Translations under genes and position numbers: made by a program | Part shown: positions 1-13,620 of the stretch, one piece after another | Layout: each line of letters opens with the position of its first letter | Numbering within the stretch: the stretch's first letter is position 1 | Assembly (NCBI GenBank): GCA_951406725.2 | Contig: OX597832.1 | Coordinates: 11,532,001 to 11,596,000 of the forward strand | Length of the DNA: 64,000 nucleotides | Reading direction: 5' to 3' | DNA from: Octopus vulgaris | Lineage: Eukaryota | Notes under the pieces: generated by a model | The model's database searches: none | What the model was told of the DNA's origin: nothing | What the model saw: only the letters and a program-made list of their open reading frames with translations

Positions 1-720
1 AGAACGTTATCAAAAATAGAAAGAAAAAAAGGACAGAAAACTTGAAAAGAGGAAGGATTACATGTTTAATTCATGCAAACTGAGGGAGAACACTGGTTTT
101 GACCTCAGAGTTGAACACCTGAAATGCGAAATTAAGACGTCACTCTTTAATGGTTCAACAATTTAGACGAATATATAGCATGTGCAAAAAAGCAATTGAA
201 AGTATCAATTTAAAGAACGATAATTTATATAGTCTGGATAATTTATATAGTCGTTCAGGCTGTGTGTGTAAAAGATGAAGAAAGCATTATGCATCTATTG
301 AGGAAATACAATAAGCTACAAAAAATCATTATATATATGTAAGCATAAGCGTCTCAATGAATGATTACATTAGGATATAAACTAAATCTGTGTTGCAAGT
401 GACAGGAAAAATATATGCTCATAGTATCAAGATTTGCAAGTGGTTACTAGTTAGGAACTAAGCACATCAAGAAACCAGGATATTTGATATGATGTTGAAG
501 CGAGAAGGAGGAAACATTTATGATATTTAACGTTGCCATCCCGTTTCGTAGCTAAGAAACTGCACATGTGCGAAAGACTAATTATGCTCATTAGGACCTG
601 AATTATCATTGGAAATTAGGATGCTGCAATGTAACGTACAGGACCGAGAGGATATCAGTCAGACTGGTAATGAGAATCGAATATCGAGTTGCTGAATGTA
701 GGGTATTATTTGTGATATTT
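1..720 (+). mobile_element. Highly decayed R4/Dong-like non-LTR retrotransposon fragment (zinc-knuckle/RLE region)
   Basis: Broken frames give DEESIMHLLRKYNKLQK (like ETIxHIxxxCxxLA) and VAIP, the same motif order as better copies at 45381-45695 and 26256-26696; many stops. Confidence 0.4.
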
Positions 721-1739
721 GAAGAGGGGGGAAAAGAAAAAGAAAAAAGGGGAAGGAAATGAAACGGGCTTGATAAACAACTGCAGAACTTCGAGAGGGC
801 ATCTATAGCCACTACTACCAGTTTCTGTTGGAACACCGTAGCTCATCACAGAGGATGTAGCCAGCGTGCTTGCAGGCGAAGTAAGAACCAGGTGTCTCCT
901 TATCAAATACTGGACAGTAAAGCCTATGAATGGCATCAATGGCGACACTGGAACAGAAGAACAGTGAGAAAATATAAAATAAAATAAAAAGCAAATGTAT
1001 AAATTGCTCAGACTTAGAGAAAACAAGGGAATGAAAGATCTGCAGCCGCCCACGTTCATGGACTTCCAAAATGCTAGGGTCATTCAACAGAAGTAACTTT
1101 CTTCAGCTGAATAAACGCAATAGATTCGTTACCATTATCCAAATACGACAACTTTAACACAAGTTAGTACTAAAATACAAATTTTTGCCAAAAATGTTAA
1201 GAATAAACCCTGTTCTACGTGACACATTCAACCAGTATCCGAAGTTTCATAGTGTTTAGTTTTAAAAAATTAATTAAAAAAAATCTGTGCTTGAGATGGA
1301 ATAGATCCCATTTTCCAAAAAACATTTTTGTACAATGTATTTATGGGACCTACTACTACTACTACTGCTGCTGCTACTACTATTACTGCTACTACTACTA
1401 CTACTACTACTAGTAGTAGTTCTATTATTGCTGTTTTAATGTTTTTTTAGTATTTTCTTGTTATGAGTGTTGCTATTTTTTTTTTATACATCATTACTTT
1501 GAATATTGTTGTTGGTGTTGATGGTAATGTTTGTCTTCAAGCGCTTCGTGATGTAATTCCAAACATATATTCGTTTTCATTTTTTAAATATTGAAATATA
1601 TTACTTTTAAATAATACTCAAAAACGTATCTTTATAGGTAGGGACATGCAATTTTACGGAGCATAAACATGTTACATATACAACTTCATTCAATTCCAGT
1701 TTCTGCTTTTTATTATACCGATATAGTTTGTGTATATGT

Positions 1740-1795
<56 letters not shown>

Positions 1796-1963
1796 GCGTA
1801 TGTATCTATAGGGATGGGTAGATATACATAAAGCTAGATAATTCTATACGATTGCATGTTTTATGAAGATATGTTTTTCATGTTGTATGTCGAAAAAATA
1901 AGTTTAGTAATGAAGTTTGCTTTTAACATCATACTGCGTAGCATATTTTAAACATGCAAAAAG

Positions 1964-1998
<35 letters not shown>

Positions 1999-3415
1999 AA
2001 GTATAATTCAGAAATACCAAGTAAAATTTTATATTAAATATGCATAAACGTATTTGTGTATTTGTGTGTGTGTGAGAAAGAGAGTTCGCTAGCATGTTTG
2101 TATATGCGTACGTGTTTGTGTGTGTGTGTGTCTGTGTGTGTGTTCTGACAAAAGCATTTCAAACTTGCCAGATAGAATCAAACAATAATAAGGTGGACGT
2201 ATCGTTATTCCGAACTGTCATATTATCAATATACATATATATTCCTTTCATCTTGATACGCGCAGGATAGCTTCAATGCAAATATATAATTGTAACTAAG
2301 CTTAAATCTCTGAAAGTATCACTCGGACAATATGCGAGTGTGCGTGGGTTTGTACGTGTTTATGTGTGTAAGCTTGTGTGGATATGTGTGTATATACTCA
2401 TTTGATTTCCTCATCAAATGTATTTTGAAAATATAAGTATAGTCATTAATGCGATTTACATTTATACCTGCTCAATGAAAGTAATTCAGCACACACACAC
2501 ACAGCCATATATGCAATTATAGATGCATACAAACATATACACACGCATGTATATATATTTATACATGCGTGTAATGTAAAATAATATGTGTGACGCCGTG
2601 CATAGAGTGAGTGAATGAGAGAGCATGAGAGAATGTAAGGGGCGAAAAATGGTTACATAGCTCGTATAAGAATGATTGCTTTTATAAAAATCCATTACAA
2701 TATTCGAGCAAGAATTATAGAGCACTCTCTCAGATGTTGCCTCTGTTTTCATACAAGTAAACAAGATAAAAAATAAGTAATGAAAATAATGAAGGCTACC
2801 CATATAATTTCATATCCATACGAATTCATAATTATATTTTATCTCGATATTTTCAAAAATATTTTCGACGCATGCTCATGCAAAAAAAAAAAAACTTTTA
2901 CAGCAGTTGAATTCAATATACGCATTTTGTGTGTGTGTGTGTAGATAGATAGTCAGGTAGTTATATCTACATCTAGCTAGCTATCTATAGCGTGTGTATG
3001 TGTACGCATGTGTGTTTGTCTATATGTGTATACATCATTAATTATTGTAATAGGGTTGAGAATAATCAAATCGATATATACGATTAATAAAGATCTCTAT
3101 ATGCTGTGTGTATCTCGTTCGTAACATTTGTGTTAGTAGCATGCAGTGAAATTTTCCGCAAGCCATTAATTTATTTTACTTCTGTAAAGTGATTTATTAT
3201 GTTCCAGTTAAATGTAGTTTACATATTCCCCGCGAAGAGTGATTGCTATCCTGTTGCTAATGCAAAATACAAAAAATGAATTCTAAATTTGAGTTTGGGC
3301 CTTTAATATCCTTGAAAAGATGAAAAGAATATATAATGTAAACAATACCCGCTCAAAGTGGCATTGTTTGCACTATATGTATTTATACAAATGCAGAGCA
3401 TTTGTATAAATACTT

Positions 3416-3609
3416 GGACTGGTAGAATGGTGAAAAGAACGCGCAGAGTGGCTTCCGACTTATTCTGACTTTTGATACCCTGATCTCTAATCCCTCAGCA
3501 AAATTTTGAGTTTATGTCCCACCCGAGGTGAATAAAATTTATTACCAGTCAATTTCTTGAGTTGATGTGAGTGACTCTTCCTGTCCACCAACATTTGTAA
3601 TTTGTGTGT
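3416..3609 (+). mobile_element. Old SINE family C copy, decayed
   Basis: Remnant of family C core (ccgaggtgaataaaatttattaccagtc). Confidence 0.4.
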
Positions 3610-3621
3610 ACCATCGTATAT

Positions 3622-4005
3622 GTGGAAGCACTCCGTCGGTTACGACGATGAGGGTTCCGGTTGTTCCGAATCAACGGAACAGCCTGCTCGCGAAATTAAC
3701 GTGTAAGTGGCTGAGCACTCCACAGACATGTGTACCCTTAACGTAGTTCTTGGGGATATTCAGCGTGACACAGAGAGAGACAAGGCCGGCCCTTTGAAAT
3801 ACAGGTACAACAGAAACAGGAAGTAAGAGTGAGAGAAAGTTGTGGTGAAAGAGTACAGCAGGGATCACCACCATCCCCTGCCAGAGCCTCGTGGAGCTTT
3901 AGGTGTTTTCGTTCAATAAACACTCATAACGCCAGGTCTGGGAATCGAAACCGCGATCCTACGACCGCGAGTCCGCTGCCCTAACCACTGGGCCATTGCG
4001 CCTCC
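3622..4005 (-). mobile_element. Full-length tRNA-derived SINE family A (OR-type octopus SINE), tail type 1
   Basis: Minus-strand head GGAGGCGCAATGGCCCAGTGGTTAGGGCAGCGGACTCG with A box and GTTTCGATTCC B box; perfect 12-bp TSD accatcgtatat at 3610-3621 and 4006-4017. Confidence 0.92.
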
Positions 4006-4017
4006 ACCATCGTATAT

Positions 4018-4160
4018 ATTATGTTCGTGTATGTGTATCTTTCTGGTTGTGTTTGTTCCCCAATGCCACTTGAAAATTAGTGTTGGCTTGCTTATATCAT
4101 CGAAACTAAGCAATCCCACAAAAAAAAGGTCATTAAACTATGCACCAGGCTTGACAGAAT
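4018..4160 (+). mobile_element. Decayed 3' half of SINE family B
   Basis: gtgtttgttccccaatgccacttgaaaattagtgttgg resembles 21070-21115. Confidence 0.45.
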
Positions 4161-4460
4161 ATTCAATGCTACGATCGTAGCTAGTTCAAATTCCTGGGGA
4201 GGAGAAGTCAGCTGATATTGTGAGGAGTAACTTAGTAAACATGGAATGGATGATCCACAGAATTTAGCGGAACTGAGAGCGTAATTTAAACTGGCCTCGA
4301 TTGTTATACTGCTTATATTAATGTCAATTTTTTTTTTTAATTATCTAATAAATTTCAATCTATCTGTACACAAACGAAGATACGCATGTGTGTATAAATA
4401 TAAATATGTATGCTTATATATACAGGAATAATAAAATCTCTCTCTATATATATATATATG

Positions 4461-4516
<56 letters not shown>

Positions 4517-6649
4517 CGGCGCGTGTATGTATGCATATATTTACTCACGCATCCTCTCAAACTTAATTTCTTTTATATCTCAAGTGATTATACACAATTG
4601 AAATTTAAATAAGATTTCCATTTAGATACAAATATATTTTGACATTCAAGATGACCAATGATATTTTATTTTTGAGAAGGTAAATTACACTGTTAAATAC
4701 GTTGATATTATCTCATTACTCAACGGCTCCCAAAAGCATTGTATCGATGAAAATTTTGAAAAAGATCATTAGCATTTTTTATTGTGTTTTTCCACAACAT
4801 CAGACTTTTTTTTATGCTACTTTAATATTTTAATATAAAAATTAAGAACACTATAATTACATTTTGAGATAATGTGATAAACGATTATAATTTTGTTCTT
4901 TGTGTCCTATGAAATTTAGATGTTAAGATAAGTTTTTATAATTATATGGGAAAGAGCGTGTTTCCATACTTTTCGTTTAATTTATTTATATTATATGGAT
5001 TACATATATATGTGCGATTATACGTACGTGTGTGTGTATTTGTGTTGGTATGTGTGTGGTGAATACGGGTACGCTTATGTTCATTCACATGGAAATAAGT
5101 ATAGCCATATAATCATATATACGTTTATATGCATGCATGTATATGCATTCATTATGCTAGATCGTCACAGAAAGTTTGTGTACACAAGGAAAAAAAAGAG
5201 GCTTTTTATGTATATTGTATATTGTTATCTATATTATATATTGTTAGCATAAATTTCTTAATTAACGAAGCACAACCTGTTTAAATTAATCCTTTCAAGA
5301 CTGCCGCGACTCTAACAAGTTGGCTTTCCTTGGCCGAGGACGTGAGAAGAAAGAGCCGTGCGGCTGCGCAAAATCTATAAGCGCAGACATTGCTAATGTG
5401 CTTATAATATTCCCCTTGCAAGCATGTCTTTTCCAGTTTGTCCTCCACCGCTTTTTAAATATTAACCTGTTTATTAACTGGATGATTCTACTTAGAACTG
5501 CAACAAAATTACTGGAAGCTAAATTTCTATTTCGTTCACCTATTCCTATATATATTGAGAGGATAATTAAAACCTAGGTGATCGAATCTGCTCACTTCAG
5601 ACATGAACTTGGCTAGCCACGTTTTTTGAATAGCAGGATAACTATTACAAGTTATGATTAACCAGAAACTGCTCAGTTATACTTAGATTAATTATTATAG
5701 GAGCACTTTGCCACTTCATGTATATCAAAAAGGTATAATCCGCACAGAGTGATTAACAATAATTTTAGTTGAGGAAAAGTTAATGTTACATACGTTTCCG
5801 TGAACAACTTCCATTTATTTCTCCTTACATACCAACGTTATGATATTTTATATCCATACACTTCTTCAGACTTTATAATTTCAACCGAATTCGCGAAACA
5901 ATTCTTCTCACATATGCGAATTGTTTATATAAGTTGTTTGGGAATATATTACAATATATGAAGAAGTGAATTAACATACTGTTGTATGTAATATGAAATA
6001 AATGGCCGTCTTTTACCTAAATGGATGTAGCCTTGACTTCACTCCTCTTTTCCACAATTAAAAATGAGTGTGTGTGTATGTTTATGTGTTTGCGTATGTA
6101 TACGTATTCAAATTGTGGCACCAATAGTTAGCTGCTCTAGTTTCATATATCCTACTCAGAATTACAAAAGTTCGACGGCAAGAAGCGTAGATATACTGAC
6201 ATTCTCTGCTCCGCATTCTTACATGACACAAACTATTAATATAGAACGTAATATAAATATATAAATGACAAAAACTGGAATTACATAAAAGCTTTCGTTA
6301 GCACACAGCACCTAGATCTCGCGGGATTCAGTACCGGTGTTTCACTGTATGGCGTTATAAGAATTATTTCCATGAAGTGTTTCATTAGAGGAGTGGAAAC
6401 ATTTTAAATAGCTGAAAGCTTACCACAATAAAAGAATACTTTATTCAAATAGCTCTCAATTCTGAGTGAACGGTGTCTTATTGGAGAAACAGGTGTAGGA
6501 TAAAAGCAGTGATTACATAGTTCCTGTTCTTTTATCATTGCTTTATGCATGCTGACATATGGTATTATTTATTATACGACAGACGTAGTAATCAAAACCA
6601 TATGTTGGAAGGCCTCTGAATTTCGATCCGAAAGTTACTGTCGTTATTA

Positions 6650-6952
6650 CTATATTCATCCTAAGCTGAAAGGAACTCCATCCGTATAACCATTCCATTG
6701 GATTCCACTTCTAGATGAGAAGGACAGGTGCTAGCCGAGAATAAGAAACAGTGGAGCGTTTAAGAGCGCATTATGACGATTTTTCCCAAAATAAACAAAA
6801 CGTTTAGTTTGTTTGGGTCAAAATCGTCAGAATGCGCTCTTAAAAGATCCAATGCTTTCATTGTAGGCTACTACCTACCCTTCTCATCTCCAAGTGTAAT
6901 CCAATGCAGAGGTTATAGGAATGGAACTTCTTTCAGCTTAGGATGAAAATAG
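6650..6952. repeat. Spacer-less imperfect palindrome (about 150-bp arms, about 80% identity)
   Basis: Left arm ctatattcatcctaagctgaaag matches the reverse complement of ctttcagcttaggatgaaaatag; pairing continues to the centre aaac|gttt at 6801/6802. Confidence 0.92.
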
Positions 6953-7175
6953 GCTCGAAACGGAAAAAGATTTTCTCACTTTACCGAGAATCAAACTAAT
7001 ATACTTCCTTGTTGCTCATACACTTGTCTTCATCTTTTGTCTTTCTGTTAATTTCAACTATATATACATACATACATACATATATATATATGGAATTTCT
7101 AGAAAAAAGGGACAAAGACAACTGTATGATAAACAGGTAAGTGTATTTACTTGATAATTTTACGTTTCGAGCCTC
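6951..7175. mobile_element. Inverted pair of Penelope-like terminal fragments separated by a TA-rich microsatellite
   Basis: aggctcgaaacg...atttcaacta (6951-7060) is mirrored by gaatttctagaaaaaag...cgtttcgagcct (7093-7174); cgaaac is a hammerhead half-core; family call is by resemblance. Confidence 0.55.
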
Positions 7176-7423
7176 CGATATCCAAAAGAATGGAATAAGA
7201 GAAAATACATAGAGAATTGGAAAAAAAATCACTTGTAGAATTCAGTGGGTCAGCAGACATACATACACACAGAGACACACACACATATTTATATATGTAT
7301 ATATATATTTATGTATATAAATATATACACACACATATATATATATATATACACACTCTTATATATTTATATACGTATATGCATATATATATATGTGTGT
7401 GTGTATATATATGTATATCTCTG

Positions 7424-7455
<32 letters not shown>

Positions 7456-8654
7456 TATATGAAACAACGCACTATTCTATATAGGGTTAAGAAAATTTAC
7501 TTCATACTCGAGACATTAGTAGCACTTTTGTTATCGAGTTGAGAAAAATGAGAAACAAATGGAATGCTTATTGGTTTTTAACTCATACGTAAATATACAT
7601 AAGCAAGTACTACAAGGCAGTCTGTTGAACGCTGTACACATTCTAACTTCAAACACCTCCTGCATTAGATAATCAAATATGTTTCATCGGAAACCAATAC
7701 AGTCTCCAAGTATAAATCTCCAAGTTACTTGTAGTAAAAGTAAAAACACAGAGCTTTGTAAAAACATATAAACTGAAATACGACTTAAAATTTGTATTGA
7801 AACAGACATTGTGTGATTTATCCATCAATATTTCGTTGTAATAAATGTGACAATACTAGATTCCTATCTAACATTCAGCCAGACGCAGTGATGATATGTA
7901 TGGTGTTGAATGGACTGTAAACAGTAAACATGAATAATCGCAGCTACATATACATAAAGTAGCCATATATATTTTAATTAAACTAGGGCACCGGCTCTTT
8001 ATTTTATGGAAGGATGATCTGATACGTTTACCTCCTTGATAAACACACGACATAATAAGCCGGAACAAATACCGAATTTATTTTTTCAATACTCTAACGA
8101 TTTTCTCAATACTTCAGCCTACGTATGATGATAATAATAGATTTGTCGGTCAGGAGAGGAATATGTATTTTACATAAATACTGGGTACTACAAACTTCGT
8201 AGTCTACCTCAATCCAGTCGAATAAAATTACATAATTACACTTTTATCGGATTGTACAGCTGAAGAAATAGTTTGGGTCGAATTTTACTTCCGTCATTTT
8301 TATATCTCTTTAAGCATAAACCGTCTCATATTTCCGCTAGGTGTGTATAGAGTTTATGTGAGAATTTTAAATGATATGTTGTAGTTTCGTATCTAAAATT
8401 ATATTTGCCATGTTTTTTTTATGTTTTAGTCAGGAGGGTAGGTTAGTGATTATGACTTTTTAGAGTTTCTAAGTCAGGCGGGAGGAAAACCAAATACCAA
8501 GCTTGATTGATTACAACTGATTGATCTTTGCATTAGACACAAAAGGGTGCGAAGTTGTGGTGTTAAAACGGGTAACTGATTACGCTTGCTGTTAGATCCG
8601 CACTCAGAACGCGAAGAACAGGAACATATATAATATAAAATAGGCTCTGCTATT

Positions 8655-8958
8655 TGTCGTTTATTCCTTTATGAGCCACACCTAGCTCATTAGCGCTGGT
8701 TTCCCGGTTTCCTTCGCGTATAGGTTCCCCACCTGGACGGGACGCCGATCCGTCGCAGGTGAGCTGCAAGATGCAGGAGAAAAGAGTGAGAGATAGTTGT
8801 GGTGAAAGAGTCAGCAGAAGTTCGCCATTACCTTCTGCCGGAGCCGCGTGGAGCTTAGGTCTTTCGCTCATAAACACACACATCGCCCGGTATGAGATAC
8901 GAATCCGCGGTCTCACGACCGTGACTTTGCTGCTCTAACCACTAGGCCATGTGCCTCC
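8655..8958 (-). mobile_element. SINE family A, tail type 2 (V-domain-like)
   Basis: Head GGAGGCACATGGCCTAGTGGTTAGAGCAGC; ctgcgacggatcggcgtcccgtccagg motif; 13-bp TSD aggctc(t/c)gctatt at 8642-8654 and 8959-8971. Confidence 0.9.
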
Positions 8959-10148
8959 AGGCTCCGCTATTAATACCTCCAAACTTCCCTTTGGACTTTA
9001 ATGTAATGTAAAGCAAAGGAAACCTTGACAGGAACTGAAATTAGAACGCAAAGAGACAGCATAAATACGGAGTGGTATTTCGTATTTAAACCGATGTCTA
9101 TAATATCTACCAAATAGCGGCATTAAATGACAAAAAAAAAAGAGAAAAACTCCGTACTTAAACGATTTTCACAGTTTTATGAAAGTAGTCGAACTCATCA
9201 CAACAATATAATGAAACATTGTTATGTGTTGTTGTTGTTATTATTATTATTATTATCATTATTATTATGTATTCTTATTATTTCATATATTATATATTCT
9301 TTTTGTTATTATTATTGGCATATTATTCCCCCAAGGTGACACATAACAGCCGCTTTAACTATAATACCTATTTACATCAACGTAGGATTTTTGATCTGCA
9401 AGTTAGCTGACAAGACACTTAACATACAAATGTCATTTGTAAGTTGTCAGTAAATGTACAAATTTCAAATCCCGCTTTGACAATAACCGATATCAACATA
9501 TCCACTATTAATTACTTTCCAATACCCATCGGCTCAACTATCAGTAGCTCGTTCGTGATTTCAATTTGTAGGAGATTGTTATCTTATCAATTTTTTTTGT
9601 CATATAAATGTCTACGAAAATTTATCATACTTTCCATTTTGACTCTGTAAAGTAATGGAATATATTTTTATTTGATTATCAATATTTAATTTGAAATGTG
9701 TTGATTTCGTATATGATTTATTTTCATACATATTTCGATTTATCTCACTGTCTGATAGGCATTTATTTTGTATGTGATACATACATTCTACATATCTAGG
9801 ACTCACCGATATATGGGGCTTTTCTCTGCTCAAGCAACATGCAGAATGTATACAATAGTACATCTTGTATAAATTCACTTGCATTTCATTTTGCACTGTC
9901 CATGTATTCATAAGTATAAGTATCTTTCATATCTGTGGTGTTATGCATCAGGAATTTACTTTGCAAATGTATTTAATGCCTTCTCCTCATTTGAATTTCA
10001 GGGTTTTTCGTTTTCATATTCCTAGATGATATTTGCTTGGCAATGTTTGGGGAGGGGAATCATATTCGTATATGTACAACCATCTTCTATCATTATTCTC
10101 TCTGACCCCCTCTTTCTATTTCTCAATGTATATGTGTGTGTATGTTTG

Positions 10149-11168
10149 TGTTGTTATGAGAGTCACGACGCCCTCTTGATAGAAATAAATTGGACGGAGC
10201 GTAGGTCGAATTGAGTGCGCAGTGAAGTCGCAAGTTGTGGGTTGGTTAGTTCGTTTGGAATATTAATTGTGGGTTCGTGAAGAGATTGTTGGATCATTAC
10301 GTTGTTATTACGGCTGCATCATTATTTTGTTTACTGTTACTACACTAGTACACTGTATCTAAACCATCCGTCACAATATCGTAGTGGTACCAACACATTT
10401 GGAGACGGAGGGTAGATTTAGCGAGGGGGCTTTCGAAGCTCAAGTAGTTTATTTAACAATCTGTACGTGATAAAACTTGTTAAGTGATGGAAGACTTATT
10501 AACTTATATAATACAGGTGCAAAAGCAACAAGAACTGCAACATGAGATGCAGAAACAACTAGTAGAGCAACAACTACAACCACAACAATTGTTGGAGTTA
10601 TACGCAAAGAAGTCCGAAAAGAAACATGATGTAATTAAAGGACAATGTTGGGAACATAAGAGGCACCAAAATCAATTAAAGGTGAAAGATACTGAAAAAC
10701 GAAAATAAATACCAATGGAAGTCTGCTATGACATGTTTGAGGGTGCCAGCACCGTAAGAGATTGATCTTTTTAGAAGCAGCAGTAGAAAAAGGAAACAGA
10801 CTGTACACTTAGAAATAATACCAAAACGGAAAAGATATCAAATTTACTAAAAAAAGAAATAATGAATGAGAAAAGAGGGACAGGTGTTGGAAAAAGTCAA
10901 AAAGAAAATAAATTTCATTGCTTACGTAAGCCGAAATCTCAAAACAAGTATTATAAATAGTAGCAGTCGGAGTGAAGATTGTGTGTTAGTTCGAGGTGAG
11001 TTCGCAGTGAAATCAGGTGTCAGTTGGTTAATTCGTTAGGAATATTGACTGTTGGTTCCTGAAGAAATCGTTGGATCGTTTTCTTATTTATTGTAGCTAC
11101 ACTGGTAGACTGTATCTAAGACATCCGTCACGGTGTAGTGGAGGTACTTCAACATTTGGAGACGGAGG
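10149..11168 (+). mobile_element. Small non-autonomous Gypsy-like LTR element (LTR1 10149-10395, gag remnant, PPT, LTR2 10885-11154)
   Basis: Both LTRs start TGTTG and end CAACA and are similar over their 3' parts; PBS-like tggagacggagg at 10400; purine tract gagaaaagaggga just before LTR2; Q-rich gag-like ORF 10484-10708 followed by a decayed knuckle-like stretch. Confidence 0.75.
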
Positions 11169-12054
11169 AAACAGCAATATACATATGTGTGTGTGTGTGT
11201 GTGTGTTGTGTATGCGTGTGTATATATTTATATACACACATAAATATATTCATCTATACATATATATTAGGTGTGCATGTATGTTTCGTACCTTATGTCA
11301 TTACTCGTAATATGGGCGGTTTGTTTATACATGAAGCGTCACAAAGAATGCAAGTACATAAAATGTATTAGATATACCCGTATATGTAAAAGATTAAGGC
11401 ATACATTCTCAGACACATATGCACAAAATAACTAACAGATACGCTCAGAGACACACTAAAACCTATATTTCTATTTAGCATTGTAAGAGTATTTCTATTT
11501 GGGGTTTTAGGGGACGGCATGTTACGTTATTAGATGGGTCAGCAGTTTATTTAGTGCTTGTTTTTATTGACCACAGAAGGATAAAATGTAAAGGGCGTCA
11601 GACTGAAAAGGGAGGTAATATAATGGTGTGTGGGCAACATTTCTGGCGCCGAGAAATGGAAATGTTTATCATAAACTACGACAGACGTGTTTTTCTTTCT
11701 TTCCAGTTTTATGAAGAAGAAATATTTAACGCAGGCAGCAGTCTTTTTTTTTTTTTTTCATTTACTGAAACGGATTTTACATTTTATTGTAGAGTAAAAT
11801 CTAACAGTAGAATCTACTGCCATATAAGAAAAGTCTTATCAATACGTGATATCAAATTCTTTGTCGCTAAACATGCGTGTGGCGGAAATAGAAAGATGAA
11901 CGCACGTCAAAATTAATTAACGATATCACATATTAGGAGAAGGCAACAGCCAGCTGTTGATATATGATACGTGAATAAAACCATCCACCCACACATTGTC
12001 CGACATAAGATCATGCACAATTACACACAGACGGAGACACGCATGCACCCATAC

Positions 12055-12114
<60 letters not shown>

Positions 12115-12367
12115 ATATATATATATGTTTGTATGTATGTATGTATATATATATATGTTTGTATGTATGTATGTATATATATATATGTTTGTATGTATGT
12201 ATGTATATATATATATGTTTGTATGTATGTATGTATATATATATATGTTTGTATGTATGTATGTATATATATATATATGTTTGTATGTATGTATGTATAT
12301 ATATATATATATGTTTGTATGTATGTATGTATATATATATATATATGTTTGTATGTATGTATGTATG

Positions 12368-12398
<31 letters not shown>

Positions 12399-12767
12399 GT
12401 ATGTATATATATATATATATATATATATGTTTGTATGTATGTATGTATATATATATATATATATATGTTTGTATGTGTGTATGTATATATATATATATAT
12501 ATGTTTGTATGTGTGTATGTATATATATATATATATATATATGTTTGTATGTGTGTATGTATATATATATATATATATATATGTTTGTATGTGTGTATGT
12601 ATATATATATATATATATGTTTGTATGTGTGTATGTATGTATGTATATATATATGTATGTATGTATATATAAATATATGTATGTATGTATGTCTGTATGT
12701 ATGTATATATAAATATATGTATGTATGTCTGTATGTATGTATATATAAATATATGTATGTATGTATG

Positions 12768-12810
<43 letters not shown>

Positions 12811-12853
12811 ATGTATATATATATGCGTGTGTGTGTGTGTGTGAGAGAGAGAG
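12055..12853. repeat. Compound minisatellite, about 30-40-bp unit (AT)n-GTTT-(GTAT)n
   Basis: About 14 tandem copies of atatatatgtttgtatgt(a/g)tgtatgt; explains ORFs 11971-12965. Confidence 0.95.
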
Positions 12854-13060
12854 TGTACATTTACTTGTGTGCACTGGAGACACGACTTCCTTACTGCTAA
12901 AGATATGCCTGGGGAAACGACACAAATACGCTTATACCGAATGGAAGCTTAAAAGGAGGAGCTAGAATAAGTATAAATAGCTATCTCTCTCTCTCTCTCT
13001 CTACACACACACATATGTACATATGCATACGTATAACATATATATAAATATGTATAAATG

Positions 13061-13091
<31 letters not shown>

Positions 13092-13420
13092 GCCCCAAAA
13101 TATCTGTTTCCCATTCAATAAATTAATGTTATATAGAGTTCTTTGGTTATTTGATTGAAATATACCTTTTCTGTGGTTTTCATCTCGCGGAATTAGTAGA
13201 GCATCGCTTATTGAATAAGCAGTGATTTTTGTTGAATAAGGGAATTTAATGTGGCTTTCCGTTCATTCTGTGAAATTCGTTTTCTATTATCACACAGTGT
13301 GGCTTAACCTGGCGCTCTGGGTTACATCTGCTTCCTACTCCTACAGTCTTCTTAGTAACTTAATATCAAATAAATTTGGACATTTGAATCCTAGGATGTT
13401 GTAATCTATTGCCTTCGTTA

Positions 13421-13620
13421 AGACGGTGAGCTGGCAGAAGCGGTAGAACGCCACACAAAATGCTTAGGGATATTTTCTTCCACATTTATGCTCTGAGTTC
13501 AAATTCCACCGAGGTCGACCTTGCTTTTCATACTTTCATCCGTTCACACAAATTATGTACTTGTGTCAATGTAATCAACATGCTCTTTTCCCCGAAGTTT
13601 CTGCCAAAAGTTGAATCCAA
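13421..13620 (+). mobile_element. SINE family C
   Basis: gacggtgagctggcagaa head, gagttcaaattcc B box, gaggtcgaccttgcttttcat core. Confidence 0.8.

Noticed and set aside
1828-1841. ataaagctagataa resembles the miR-9/miR-79 3p arm; tctttggttat near 13140 resembles miR-9-5p
   Set aside because: No complementary arm within hairpin distance of either
3935-4005. tRNA-like heads of SINEs as true tRNA genes
   Set aside because: Embedded in TSD-flanked SINE bodies, with no acceptor stem or terminator
11971-12965. Long ORFs up to 304 aa rich in Y/I/C/V/H/T (also near 17400, 18600, 27230, 28430, 43280, 50010, 52320)
   Set aside because: Translations of (TA)n/(TG)n/(CA)n microsatellites that lack stop codons
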